DNA from: Octopus sinensis
Lineage: Eukaryota
Assembly (NCBI RefSeq): GCF_006345805.1
Contig: NC_043001.1
Coordinates: 54,746,001-54,810,000, forward strand
Length of the DNA stretch: 64,000 bases
Reading direction: 5' to 3'
How positions within the stretch are numbered: position 1 is the stretch's first letter; every line of letters begins with the position of its first letter. Both the position numbers and the translations under genes were made by a program. Positions 1 to 13,235 of this stretch are shown here, piece by piece. The notes below the pieces were generated by a model, which did not search any database, was not told where the DNA came from, and saw only the letters and a program-made list of their open reading frames with translations.

Positions 1-331
1 CTTGGGTTTCAGTTGCAGTATATGTCCTTGATTGTGTTGAGAATGATGGAAACTTTCTGAAAAATTTGCGACAGCCTCTGAGCAGGTATTGCCAAGTTTT
101 TGTCAAAATATGATGTAGATTCTCTGCTCAACTTTCTCTCTCATGGTCAAAGCAATGATCAAATGCTACACGCCTCCCTTCGAATTACTGCTGTACAGAA
201 GTGAGCTAGAACATTAAAACTTAGTGTGCATGCACAGCAGAGTTCAAGGTCAATCTGTGCCAAGCAGCTTCTCTCTGCATGCTTTAGTTTCATTACTATG
301 GCAACAGTCCGGATAATTATTGAACAGACCA
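1..331 (-). mobile_element. mariner transposon 5' remnant
   Basis: The minus strand reads TIR-like ggtctgttcaataattatccggac, then MREKVEQRIYIIF*QKLGNTCSEA, resembling the mariner N-terminal EQRxxIKF motif. Confidence 0.7.
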
Positions 332-594
332 CATATATATATGTGTGTGTGTGTGTGTGTATCTTTGTGCCTGTGTTAGTACCCCTGTCACTGCTTGACA
401 ACCAGTGTTGGTATATTTACGTCCCCTTAACTTAGCAGTTTGGCAAAAGAGACCCATAGAATAAGAACCAGGCTCAAAAAAAATTAAGTCCTGAGGTCAA
501 TTTGACTAAAACCCTTCAAGGCGGTGCTCCAGCGTGGTCGCAGTCAAATGACTTAAACAAGTAAAAAGATAAACGGATAATTCTAGAACCTCAC

Positions 595-836
595 TATTAT
601 AATAATGAAATTATTGTATACAGTGCTCAGGTGCACCACAACTTGTCAGAAAGTGTGTATAAAGTATATGCAGTAATGTAGAAATGTCTGGAAAGTGAAC
701 ATGCTTGTGTGTGTATGGAGGGGAGAAAATCAGGTGTAGTGTTGGCGAATCTCAGGAAGCATGGAAGTCTTGAAGGATGCAGTGCTCCGACAACTAACAA
801 CCGATGCCGGCAGTTTGTTCCACGCTTCAATGAGTT
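595..836 (-). mobile_element. CR1/L2-type LINE 3' end, 5'-truncated
   Basis: Reverse complement of the copy at 24030-24340; encodes the WNKLPASVVSCRS RT C-terminus. Confidence 0.75.
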
Positions 837-1313
837 CATCCTTTTTAAGATGGTAGGTTGTGATTTAAATGAGATTTTGCTGCTATTTCTAACAGGATGA
901 GTGACTGCGTAGAATGTTTTACAGTTTGAAATTAATTACAGTTTATAATGACCCAGTTTGTGAAGGTTTGCTAATTAATGTCCTGAAAGTTTAATATCCA
1001 TTCCTTATTAAGTGACCTGTATTTGTGAACATGACTGCCTAGGTTATTGAACTTATGAACCTGTATTTCTTGGAGAGTTTCAATATTATTTCTCTAGTAT
1101 GCTGTACAAAATAGAAAGTCTTCTGAGTTCAATTCTAGCTTTAACATTTATATGATGCACACATCTGCTCTGATGCACAAACATGCTCACACACTCACAT
1201 AAACATGTATATATATGCATGCAACACATTCAAAAGAAATTTGATGCTAGTAGTCCAGATGATTATGATGATGAATACATGATTCATTTTTGTCTATTAT
1301 CATTATTATTAAA

Positions 1314-2240
1314 GGCAGCGAGCTGGCAGAGTCGTTAGTGTGCTGGATGAAATGCTTAGCGATATTTTGTCTGCTGCTATGTTCTGTGTTCAAGTTCCGC
1401 TGTGGCTGACTTTACCTTTCATCCTTGTGTGGTCGATAAAATAAGTACCAGTTGAACATTGGGGGTTGATGTAATTGACTTAATCCCTCCTCCAAAATAG
1501 CTGTCCCTTTGAAACCATTCTTCTTCTTATTATTATTATTAAGGTGGCGAGCTGGCAGAATCATTAGTGCGTTGGACTTTACCTTTCATCCTTTCAGGGT
1601 CAATAAAATAAGTACCTGTTGAACAACTGGGGTTGATGTAATTGACTCATCCCCTCCCACAAAATTGCTACCCTTGTAGCAAAATCTGAAGCCATTATTA
1701 TTATTGTTATTATTATCATCGTCATCATCATTATTATTATAAAAGCAGCAAGCTGGCAGAATTGTTAGCATGCTGAGTAAAATGCTTAGCGACATTTCAT
1801 GTCTTTATTAGGTGAGTTCAAATGCCGCTGGGATCAATTTTTGCATTTCATCCTTTCAGTGTTGGTAAAATAAGTACCAGTTGAACACTGGGGTCAGTCT
1901 AATTGAATTATCCCCTCACCTGAAACTGTTGGCCTTGAGCTAAAATTTCAAATCATCATCGTCTTCTTCATCATCATAATCATCATCATTATCATTAAAT
2001 TAGCGAGCTGGTGGAATTGTTAGTATGTCGGGCAAAATGCTTAGCAGCATTTTGTCTGTTTTCATGTTCTGAGTTAAAATTCTGCCAAGGTCACCTTTGC
2101 CTTTCATCCTTTCAAAGTCGATGAAATAAGTACTTGTTACACACTGGGGTTGATGTTATCAACTTATCCCCACCCCACAAATTTCAGGCCTTGTGTCTAT
2201 AGTAGAAAGTATTATTACTATTATTATTATTATTATTATT
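1314..2240 (+). repeat. Four head-to-tail copies of tRNA-derived SINE family A separated by (TAT/CAT)n tails
   Basis: Repeated ggcgagctggcagaa...aaatgcttagc...gttcaaattc...ctttcatcct...aagtacc units starting at about 1314, 1543, 1744 and 2002. Confidence 0.85.
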
Positions 2241-3415
2241 ATTTTGAATTCAATAGTATTTCCTCCATCCAAGCGCACAGACTAATGGTCTGAGAGAGAG
2301 CTGACAGTTGGGGCAAAAATTGTGTGTGTGTGGGGGGGTGAGAGGTGTGTGGCTGGGTGAAAAATCTGAGAAAATGTTGTTCCATAAAATAAATGAAGTC
2401 ACTGTCATGTGACTGATACAATATACTCAATGGAATCATGTGATGAGGAAAGCTCATCTTATTTCAGCTGTTTGTACACACCTACTACAAGCAGCAGGAG
2501 CAGCAGTGGCGACAGACAGTCACAGACTATTATTGTTAACACTACTTTGCCACTGGCAATCATATTACTAATATTTTCTGTACCACCACCCCCACCATTC
2601 CCACTAACACAATTATCACCATTATCAGTTTCAAAACATTCCTTTATCTTCACCATTGTCATTACCACCAACATTATCATTGTATGCAACAGTAACAAGG
2701 CAACACTTGTTAATGACCATATAAGGAGACACTGACATTTCAAAGAAGGTGCATCTACATAGCTTCCCAAGTTATGAGAAACATCAGTCATAATTTCATA
2801 TCTATCTTAAAAATAATGGAATACACATTGGATAATGTGGTCCTAGATAACACTGTAGGAAAAATAAGATGGGATGGTCATAGCTGGTATGCTTCTTATC
2901 ATAGGTCTTTTTTATCAGGTTTGACTTTGGGCTAAATAGCAACAGCTTTGCTACCACCAGATATAATCACTAATCTTAACAAAAAAAAAAAAAAAAAAAT
3001 TTACAATGGTATGATACCTTCCTAAATCTTTCAGGTGTGGTAAGAAGTTTGTTTCCCAACCACCTGGTTCTAGTTTCAGTTCCACTGCATGGTATTTTGG
3101 GCAAGTGTCTTGTAGTGTAGCCTTGGCTGACTAAAGCTTTGTGAGTGGATTAGGTACTCAAAACTGAAAGAAGCCTGTCTTTTGTGCGTGTGATAAAAGA
3201 TAAATGCCAGGCCTCACACACTCTGATCTTCTAGCGCTACCACATGCAAAAAACATATGTATAAGGCAGTGAATTGACCATGTCATTACAATGCATTGCA
3301 ATAGGTATTCAAGCTCTTTATTTTCTGAGTTCAAATCCAACTGAGCTCAGCTTTACTTTTTATCAGTTCAGTATTGATAAATAAAATACCCAAAAATGCC
3401 ATAAATATAAATATA

Positions 3416-3554
3416 GGCACAGGAGTGGTTGTGTGGTTAGAAGTTTGCTTCCCAATCATGTGTGTGGCATCTTGGGCAAGTGTTTTCTACTATAGCCTCA
3501 GGCTGACCAAAGCCTTGTGAGTGGATTTGGTAGACGGAAACTGAAAGAAGCCCG

Positions 3555-3590
<36 letters not shown>

Positions 3591-3786
3591 GTGTCTGTAT
3601 TTGTCCCCTCAACATGACTCTGATGTTGGTGTGTTTATGTCCCCGTAACTTAGCTGTTTGGCAAAAGAGACTGAGAGAATAAGTACTAGACTTACAAAGA
3701 GTAAGAATTGGGATTGATTTGTTCAACTAAAGGTGGTGCTCCAGCATGGTTGCTGTCAAATGACTGAAGCAAGTAAAAGAATAAAA
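3416..3786 (+). repeat. tRNA-derived SINE family B with internal (TA)n; other copies at ~16190-16470, 39289-39660, 43541-43937, 44163-44580 (+) and 58921-59327 (-)
   Basis: Shared head ggagtggctgtgtggtaag...gttcagtcccactg and tail aaatgactgaaacaagtaaaaga. Confidence 0.85.
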
Positions 3787-5071
3787 TACCAAAAATCTAG
3801 AGTGGTGGATTGTGCACCATCTGTTTCAACCTTAGGCATTTGAAGTTCAAATTTATCACATGTCATGAGGAAGGTGAGAAATGGAGCCTTTGAGATCCAA
3901 TAAGAATGATGATAGGCTATTGATATCTGTAAGCTGTACCCCTCAGTAATGAACAATCAGTGTGTGTGTGTGTGTGTGTGTGTACAGTTGAATGTTTATA
4001 AAATGAAACATCATTGTAGTTATGTTTGCTTCCTATACTGGCATTGGATTGCATCTGATTTCTTTGCCTAAGAAACAGTTTACAATGCTATTACTGTGCC
4101 TGAGTCATTGGGTATGACCACCTTCCTTTGTATTACCTGATTAACTGTTTGGGTGTCTAGTGTATATCCTACTTCATTTGATATTTTGAGCATCTCAGAA
4201 AGTATTCCTCATAGGCTAGCAGCTTTCTGTACCTTCATATCTTTAATTGCCCTATCTACCATACAACTGTCAACTTCAATTGCCGATCCCGCTGTTAGGT
4301 CAGTGAGGAAGATCCTGTTTATTCCAGTCCTCCTCCTCTTGTGTGTTAAACTGCTGTCAGCACCGAGACAAAGGTGCATCTATCATTCTAGATATACTTC
4401 TTTCTAATGACTGCTAGTTTTGTCAGCCATACTGTCTTCTAATCCAGAACACCTCTCTCTCTCTCTCACTCTCTCTCTCACACACATATATATATTTGAG
4501 AGAGATAAAGATAGGTAGATAGTTAGATAAACACACATGCATACCCAAGTATATATACATTGTGTGTGTGTGTTTGTGCATGTATATATATACATATATA
4601 AACTACTATTCAAAACTATAAAGTCACATATTTTTAAAAGTTATTTAGAAATTTAGCTCCGTATTTAAGTGGACTAATATATATATTGTAAATAGTTTTG
4701 AAGAGCAGTTTATATTTGTGGCTAAAACTGCAGGTGGAGGATTGGATTCCACAGTTATTACAGGAGTTATCTTCAGACTTCTTTACAGGTGCTTTTTATA
4801 GCCTGCAAGTGTGATGAAGGGTGCATGCACATGCACAGGAAAGAGTTTCTTTTTCCAATGAGATACATACATATTGGTGTATAATTATTATTATTTGATT
4901 CATTGTTTTTCTGTGGTTTTTTACTGGCATTGGTTTCTGTTGACTTTTAAATGAATTGTTTGTTTTATTTATAAATCCTGACAATGTAGATTTATCTTTT
5001 GTTAATTTCTGTATTAAATATTTGAAATGAATATTTGTACTAAGTACATTTTCCCTTTTTTACATTTCCAG

Positions 5072-6167
5072 GTGTTGCTAGCTGAAGAGAAAGCAGTTAT
5101 TCGTTACAGTCCCACTGAAGTATCCCCACTTGATGTTGTTGAAAAGATTTGTCAACTTGGCTTCATGGCACGAGTTAAACAAGTAAACCCTGCTATAGCA
5201 TTGGAAACAAAAGATTCTGAACAAACTTTAGATTTTCTCTTTCAAAAACCATTAACTGTATCAGAAAAGCAGAATGCTGAAAGCAAGCTGCTTAGTATTT
5301 ATGGAGTGAACTCTGTTGAATTTTCAAAAGACAAAGACTTAACTGTATATTGTCAAAATTCAAAAATTAGTGGACTTCAAATTTCAGAAGCTTTAGAAGC
5401 TATTGGGATTGAGGTTAACATGAAAAAAATGAATCAAACACAAAGCTTTATATCTGAAACTATTGTTCAAATTGAAGGCATGACTTGCCAGTCATGCGTT
5501 CGCACAATTGAATCTGAACTCTCTAAATTCCCAGGTGTAGATTTTATTTCAGTATCTTTGGAAGAAAAACGTGCTATTATTCGATATGACCAGAAGGTTA
5601 CTAATCCACAGGCCCTTCGCAACAAAATTGATGACATGGGCTTTGAAGCAGCTTTAACTGAAAGTGATTCTTCTGATGTAGATTTTGATGAAATTGCCAA
5701 GCGCAATGTCCCAGCAGAAAATATGTGTATTATCAATATTAAAGGAATGTCTTGTAGTTCCTGTGTTACAATCATCGAAAACACAATATCAGAGAAAGCA
5801 GGCATCAATAAAATAACTGTGTCACTAGAGAACAATAATGCTCTAGTGAAATATAATCCTGAGAAGTTTAGTCCAGAATCAATTGCTGAAGCTATAAGTG
5901 ATATGGGGTTTGAGGCCGAGGTCTCCAAGGGAGATAATCCAGCTGCCTTTAATCTGATTGCCACTGTTGTAATAAATATTAAAGGAATGACATGCAAATC
6001 ATGTCAGAGCACAATCCAAATGAAAATCTCAGAACACTCTTCAGTGAAAAGCATTGCTGTTTCACTGAAGGATAACAACGCTGTGATTGAGTACTATCCT
6101 GATACAACATCTCCTTCTGAACTCTGCAATGCCATTGATGATATGGGTTTTGAAGCAAGTGTAGCAG
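5072..6167 (+). CDS. ATP7: ATP7 exon w1 (1096 nt): C-half of an HMA domain, a Cys-less HMA-like domain, and HMA domains GMTCQSC, GMSCSSC, GMTCKSC
   Basis: Acceptor ttccag|GTG, donor CAG|gtacgt, phase 0/1. Lies inside ORF 5027..6190. Confidence 0.95.
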
Positions 6168-8699
6168 GTACGTATCAACAATTTGGATGAATTCTTTAGT
6201 TTATTACCTGTCTATATTTTTGTGCATTGAAAAAAAGAAAAGCAATTATCAACTTTGTCATAATCCTTCACATGAGATAATCTTTTTTTTAATAACTTCA
6301 TTATTATCATTCACATCTAGCTGAATGCTGCATTTTGTATAATATACTAAATTTCCACATATTTGTCTTTTAGTGTTCAAGGTCTATAAACCCCTTTTTA
6401 ATGATAGGGGGAAATAAATTAGTGAACTGTTGTCTTTGCACCAAATGTTGAAATTAAAGAAATTGAAGGCAAAAACTGTGAATGTTAAGGCTAATTTATT
6501 TGAATTTGATTCATTGGTTTATTGTTTAAACAATGAGTATTTTGACATTCTGCTTTCATTGATACAAATTTGATGGGGAGTAAATCTTAAATGATAAAAT
6601 GGGTAGCATAAATTTTTTTTCTAGGAAAGAGGAACATATCTAACTGTCTGAAAGAATTCAACCCTAAGTCATTTCAAACTGACTGACTGGTGACATTGAC
6701 CCTAGTACACTGTTAGCCACAAGCTTAAAAACTCTTCTTAATTACATTGCAATTTCAGCTAAAACTACTTTTACATGCATATGAATGATACTGGATAGAG
6801 AAGGTAAAATGATTCAGCATTGTTTTACTAAGTTTTGTTTAAGACATCACTTTGATGTATCACTATTTATTTATAAAAAACAAAAAGATCAAAACAATAA
6901 TTTTACTATCCAAACATGAAATTCTTTATTTCAAAATTTAATTTAAAACAAATAACAGTGTGGTTTTGTCAGAAATAATCCAGAAAGGGTTAAGCATTTA
7001 GCTTGCATCCTTCTGCTAATAACTACTAGAGCTATTCCTTATTTTCCTACTTGGTTGATAGCTGACCACATAATAATAAGCTCAAGAATTATTTTGTCAT
7101 TAACCATGCTACCTGCCAACTAATTGCTTTTATAGCAACACATTGCAAACAGAGAGTACACCATGATAGCAAACAATATAAGACAGGAACATGCAAGTAG
7201 TGTGTTCTCCGAAAGACAAGACCACTTACTCTGCCTGCCTGAACGAGTGTGTGTGGCTACTGTCAGGTGAAGAAAAACAGGTGTTTCTGTCACTTCAAAC
7301 TTCATTGGTCAGTTGTTTAATCTGAGGTTACTGCTGACTGAATGGATCACACACACGTGTGTGTGAAAAAAAAATTCATACAGTAACAAAATCACCTTTT
7401 CTTCAGGTGGAATATATCTAATTTGGAAATTTGAATTAGTTTGTATGCTTTGGGAGAGATCTGAATATTAATGCTTTTGGCAGTGTTCTTCAGAGAAAAC
7501 CCTTTCTTTCTGTGAAAAGGGTATTTCCTGAAATATTAATGTTCCTGTCACCCCAACAACATGCAAACTATTTAAATTTGGGAACTTGATTAACTGCTAT
7601 TTGTTGATACATATCATTTCTCATTTCCTTGAATCTTGATTTTTATTTATGGTAGATCTAGAACTACACTATTTGATATATACTTTTTCCCACCTTGTGG
7701 TTTGAAGGAGATTTAGTTACTATTTCTAGCATCATCATTATTCAGTAATATAGAGGAGAATGAAAGAATAGATGTCACTTCCACTTTGCAGTTTACTAGG
7801 TTGTAGTAAGAAGACACTATTCAGTTGTTAAAATAGGAATTACTACAGGAATTTATCAAGTTTGTTCAAATTCATTCGACTTCTCAATTTTAAAGGCAGC
7901 AATAAGTGTTTATAGTAACAATTCTTCTGTCATTGCATGGTACTTATTGTTTTCTGAAATTTTTTTAAGTTCAAAGGGAATGAATGTTTTTCCTTGTATA
8001 TTGTTGGTAATATTCCCAGCTGGCATAGTACCTTTCCCTCTAACTAGGCAAAGTGACATAATGTAAAATTCTGCTGTCTTAGGTATAGTGCAGTACCCTT
8101 AAAATGGGTTGAAACTAAAAACTGAAGACTGTTGTATTTAAGTCCCAGCTCAAACCTGATCAGATGGATCCATAATCAAAGGAATTCTAACTTCGACCAT
8201 CATATTACTTTTATTAAGAATATCTTGGACTACGTTAACTAAAATGTTCTTCCCAAATGTTATTTTTCATCCTCAGACCAGCCTTAGACAAGAGACCTAT
8301 GATCATCAATATTGCATCTCACCCTTTGGTAAACAAGAATAATGCACACTTAAACCCCTTAAAACAGTTACAGGTGTTGCACCTTGCCATCATGAATGAT
8401 CTCTTTTGATGATGTCACGTCCTCAACATAGCAAAACCTGCATTACAAAGACTGATCTTCATCACAGAGCCAGAAAATATTTTAGTTTTCAACAATTACC
8501 AACACTGTTGAATACTCAAGTGAAACCCACAATGGATAACAATTCCTGTATCTGGAATGGTGATGCTGCTAGACACAGATCTCATTGGCTGCAATCCAAA
8601 ACAATTCCTTGCAACTAATTGATGTGAAGTTATTCACTAACTCATTTCAGTTTCTGGTTCACAAACATACTGTCTACTCAGTCTGTCTTTTTTAATGCC

Positions 8700-9950
8700 T
8701 TTACAGTGACTTCTAATCCTCAGGGCAGGATAGTCCTATTCCCATTCTAGATAGGCCAGTCCAACTCACTCATTTCTCCTTCTCTTATCATCTTCAGCCC
8801 ATCCTGGATACTTCACTAAATGCTTCACCAACTCCTTCTTCTTCTAAAATTCCCACTTTGCCTATATTTCTCTTACAGTCATCTCTTTCTAATTGTTCAA
8901 GAGGAATTTCAACCATATCTGGTGGACTTCCTCTTCCACTTGAATTCACTTGGTATTTTTTTTATTCAATAGTCATTCTTCATACACATCACATGCCTGT
9001 ACTAACTTTTGTCTTCTTTCTAGCACAATATGCTTAATTTCCTTTTATATCTAGTTTTCAACATTTTTTTTCATGCACACTAACATTACACATCCAGGAT
9101 AGCATGCTCACTTCTTGTCTTTCTGCATATCCTTTGCATTCAGTGCTCATGTCTTGTTACCTTGTATTTTTGCACTTTATATACAGGTATCATACAATTT
9201 ACCCTTCACTTGGAGAGTGACTCCCTTTGTAGTCCACAAATGTCATAACATCTTGAACTTTTTTCTATCCCATTCTTCACCTAGCTATTATACTTTCATA
9301 ACACTTTCTTTCACTTTGGCAATATGCTGTGCTTGAAAAGAAGACCCATCAAGCCAAGTGAAATTGTAGTTGTGGCAGATACTGGTGTCACACAACTGGC
9401 ACTGATGCCGGTGACACACAAAACACCCATTACACTCTCAAAGTGATTGGCATTAGGAAGGGCCTCCAGCCATAGAAACCATGCCAAAGCAGACTGGCAT
9501 TTGGTACAGCCCCTCAGCTTACCAGCCTTGGTCAAACCATCCAACCCATGCCAACATTGACAATGGACGTTAAATGATGATGATCTCTTTCTTTCACTGT
9601 CATTTAGGTCAACTAAAGGGAGTTTTTTTGAGCATTTGAATGAATTTGTTTTTTCCAGGGTGCTTTTTCTAATAACTGCTCTTGTGCATTTATTACATAC
9701 ATAGTCTTCTCTCTTGACCTGCCTGTGACTCTACTGCATCTCTTCTGTACTCATACTTTACATTAGATTCATTGTTGCTTAATTCTTTTTTTGCTTATTG
9801 AGTATGGTCACTTCCTGTCTTCCTATTAACTGAAACATTTGCTGTGTTTACTTTAAAACCTCTTCATTGTAGGCTTTACTTCAATGTTTGGAATTTCTTT
9901 ACTTTTGCAACAGATTTAGCTATGAGAAGTTGGATATTAGCATTCAGATC
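8700..9950 (-). mobile_element. Degenerate RTE-like LINE remnant interrupted by a SINE (~9300-9590)
   Basis: The minus strand has *YRHVMCM, similar to the RTE WYGHVMRM motif; heavily decayed. Confidence 0.5.
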
Positions 9951-10559
9951 CAGAAGTTCTTACAGATAGCCTGTATTGAACTTCTATGACCTGGAGAAGT
10001 ATAATATACAAGAGAGGTTGTGAACCAGGCTCTGATAGGCACTTATCTGCATGTTAAACACCTTACTGATTTTATTGCGCAACTACCTAGAAAGCATTAA
10101 TCTATATCTAATTTTCTTCATGACCACCAGTCTTCAGAGCATGAATACGCAGACAGAGACCTTTTCTGAATCAGTGACTGTCATACCAACTAAGCTAAAT
10201 TTCTTCCTAATTAGTTTCCTTCTCCTCATGCACAATGCTTGTCTCATGCTTTTACAACCTACCCAAGCAGTGACCTGAATAATGATGATAATAATAATAA
10301 TAATAACAACAACAACAATGAAAAATACCTAAGGAATGAGAACCCAGGTTTGAAATTTCCGCAAGACACCTGATGAAGGCTGGAGAGTATATCAGCCGAA
10401 ACGTTGTGTTAATAACAAACAAGATGAGGACAAATATCCATCAAATGTAAATAATGTAAACAATCTATCCAATCATGTTTTCTCCCCCTCTCCCCTTCCA
10501 TCTCTTCCCCCCCTCCATCTCTTCTCCCCCTCTCCCACCCTCTCTTACCCTGTATACTA

Positions 10560-10592
<33 letters not shown>

Positions 10593-11632
10593 CATTTAGC
10601 CTGCTGGGCAAAATGCTTAGCAGTATTTCATCTCTTTGTATTACTTTTAGAGCTTGGACGTCTATATGATGCCTCTGCATTTGCTCTTTCTGGAACATCT
10701 TTGCCTATGTAATAGTTGATGATACTGTTACGTCCATCATTGAGACTGACTCCTTGTATTACCTGATTGACTTTGCAAGGGATTAGGACTGGTTCCCGAC
10801 CTTTTCACTACTAAGGACTCCTTGTATTTAAATGAGTTTTTCCACAGACCCCTTTTAATATGCTTATCCTTATGTATATGTGTGTGTGTGTGTGTGTATA
10901 TACACACAAAATTTTGAATTTAGTTCACGGACCCTCAGTACTACCTTTGCGGATCACAGTTTGGGAACCACTGGGTTAGGACATCTACTTCACTAGATAT
11001 TCTCATCATCTCAGCAACATTCCCTCATAGTGTGGCTGCTTTTTGACTCTTCATATCCATTTCAGTTGTTTAACTCTTAATTCGGTATCTGTTGCCTTTA
11101 TTGCTTCTGTCTGGAGTAATCCTTGTTTTCCATGTGCATTCTTCTCATTTTCCCATACTTCTCCTTTGCATGAGTAAGAATAAGTGCACCACCATCAATA
11201 AATACACACTTCTTACTCATATAATGTCCTTATTTGTACAAACTTACTGCTTTCCAATCCCATCTGATCCTGTTATCATAGAAGGTTGATAAAGTTCTTA
11301 CCTTTCGTTTTTCTCTTTGCAAAGTTTATCCAACATATAGCTGGAATGTTGTTGTATCTACAATTCTGATTTGTGGTCTGCAACATCTCTTCTCACAGTA
11401 ACTCCTTGTTTTCCTTATTATTCTCTCCTTCCTGAAATACACGTCTTTGAACCTGTATCTGACTGAAAATTCTTTCATTACTTGTGTACACTAAAATGGC
11501 TACCTCTTCAACATATCAGCTAAAAAATGAGATTCTAAATGGTTGTTTGACCTTCTAGAAATAGCAGTCAAATCTCTCTTAAATCAATCTCTGCTGTCTT
11601 AAAAAAGGAGTCATAAAATTATGTTTGTTCCT

Positions 11633-11890
11633 TGAGCCACGCTTGGCTCATTAGGGCCGGTTTCCTGGTTTCCTTGGTGTGTAGGTTCCCCACCTGGACG
11701 GGACACCGGTCTGTTGCAGGTGAGCTTCAAGATGCAGGAGGAGTGAGAGAAAGTTGTGGCGAAAGAGTCAGAAGTTCGCCATTACCTTCTGCTGGAGCCG
11801 CTTGTTCATAAACACACAATCGTCCGGTCTGAGATTTGAACCCTCGACCGCAAGTCTGCTGCTCTAACCACTAGGCCATGTGCCTCCACA
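11633..11890 (-). repeat. tRNA-headed SINE of a further family
   Basis: The minus strand begins gtggaggcacatggcctagtggttagagcagc...gggttcaaatc, with A- and B-box-like motifs. Confidence 0.7.
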
Positions 11891-12206
11891 TAAAATTATG
11901 TGGTCCTGTATAGATTATGAACTAAAACAAAAGGACCCTCTCCACAAAAAAAAAAAAAAATCCAAAAATACACATGCTCACTTTTCTTCATAAATCTGCC
12001 TGACCAGGGCTGACCTGTGGCTAAACAAAAGCAATAACATCAGTTAATACCTTTGGTGTCCAGTCACTTGTTTTTGCCTTATATTCCTGCTAAATTCCAA
12101 CTGAAACAAAAGATCAATACTCTGAATGTTTTAGTGGTAGCCTTATATCTATATCAGATATCTTCATCATAAGTATTATTATAATTTTTTTGTTTCTTTA
12201 TTTCAG

Positions 12207-12404
12207 AAGAGAAAAATAGAAATAGCATGGTTAAAAGCCCTGAGACAAATGTTGCTATTGATGTTGGCAGCTCGATTGTTCATTTCAGTAGCAACGATGA
12301 TGCACTTGAAAATATAGAATATGAAAAATGCTTCTTTGTTGTCACTGGAATGACATGTGCATCTTGTGTTGCTCTCATCGAAAACAACATTTCCAAAGTT
12401 GAGG
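12207..12404 (+). CDS. ATP7: ATP7 exon w2 (198 nt): linker and start of HMA domain GMTCASC
   Basis: tttcag|AAG ... GAGG|gtaagt, phase 1/1; in frame with ORF 12227. Confidence 0.95.
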
Positions 12405-12739
12405 GTAAGTGTTATATTTTTCTAGTTTTACATCCAAATTTTTCATGCTGATATAAGTGGCATGAACTTTAGAAATTCATTATTACTATTATTATTAAGG
12501 TGGCGAGCTGGCAGAATTGTTAGCATGCTGGGCAAAATGCTTAGCAGTATTTTGCCTGTCTTTATGTTCTAAGTTCAAATTCCACCAAGGCTGACTTTGC
12601 CTCTCATCCTTTTGGGGTTGATAAATTAAGTACAAGGGAAATACTGGGGTTGATGTAATCGACTAGTCCCCTCCCCCATAATTTCAGGCCTTGTGCCTTT
12701 AGTAGAAAGGATTATTGTTATTATTATTGAGAGAAAGCA

Positions 12740-13235
12740 ACAGATGCCATCAAAGTGACACTGGGGTACAAATATACAAATCCCAATATGCCCATCATGA
12801 ATACCTGTTTGATAAGAGTACAACATGCATCACAAACTGCACATGACCTTGCAGGTGAAGCCTAGTTAGAATTTTCTTCAGATCGAGTAGCCCATCCCAC
12901 TCAAAAGGTCTCTGAATAAGGGTTGTTTAAGGATGTTGAATGAAACACTCATATTTCAGGGGTGAATTATCCAAACCTCAAAGAATTTCTTTCAACACAT
13001 GGCTATGATGCTCCCCCATTATTTCTGCTCATGATCAAAGATGCACATATCGTCAGCTACTAAGGGACATGCTCAACTGGTTACAGTCAAACAACTGACA
13101 AGCAAATCTGTGGTATTGAGCAGAATATTTGCATAGCCCATCTTTTATATGAAGGCAAAACAATGTACATGATAACACTTCCAGTCAGTTAAGATCAGAA
13201 GCCATGAGAACCACTGTCTGGTATGGCATCAGGCT
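12740..13235. repeat. ~500-bp interspersed repeat; near-full copy at 52994-53540, partial related copies at ~29170-29640 and ~41370-41850
   Basis: Shared text aaagtgacactggggtacaaatatac...cagagatgcacatat...gagcagaatatttgc. Confidence 0.8.

Noticed and set aside
1150-1230. Metal-response-element-like TGCACAC motifs
   Set aside because: Embedded in CA-rich simple sequence where such motifs arise by chance; the promoter is not in the window.
1-5071. Missing ATP7 start exon with the first GMxCxxC, including ORFs 2409..2735 and 4153..4407
   Set aside because: No CxxC-bearing HMA-like frame ending at a phase-0 donor was found; these ORFs are low-complexity or repeat-derived. The 5' exon(s) probably lie upstream of the window.
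5467-5997. 176-aa antisense ORF
   Set aside because: Shadow of the ATP7 coding exon; no independent signals.
11830-11890. tRNA genes (also the heads of SINE families A and B)
   Set aside because: A/B-box-like motifs run into SINE bodies and tails; no complete cloverleaf could be supported.
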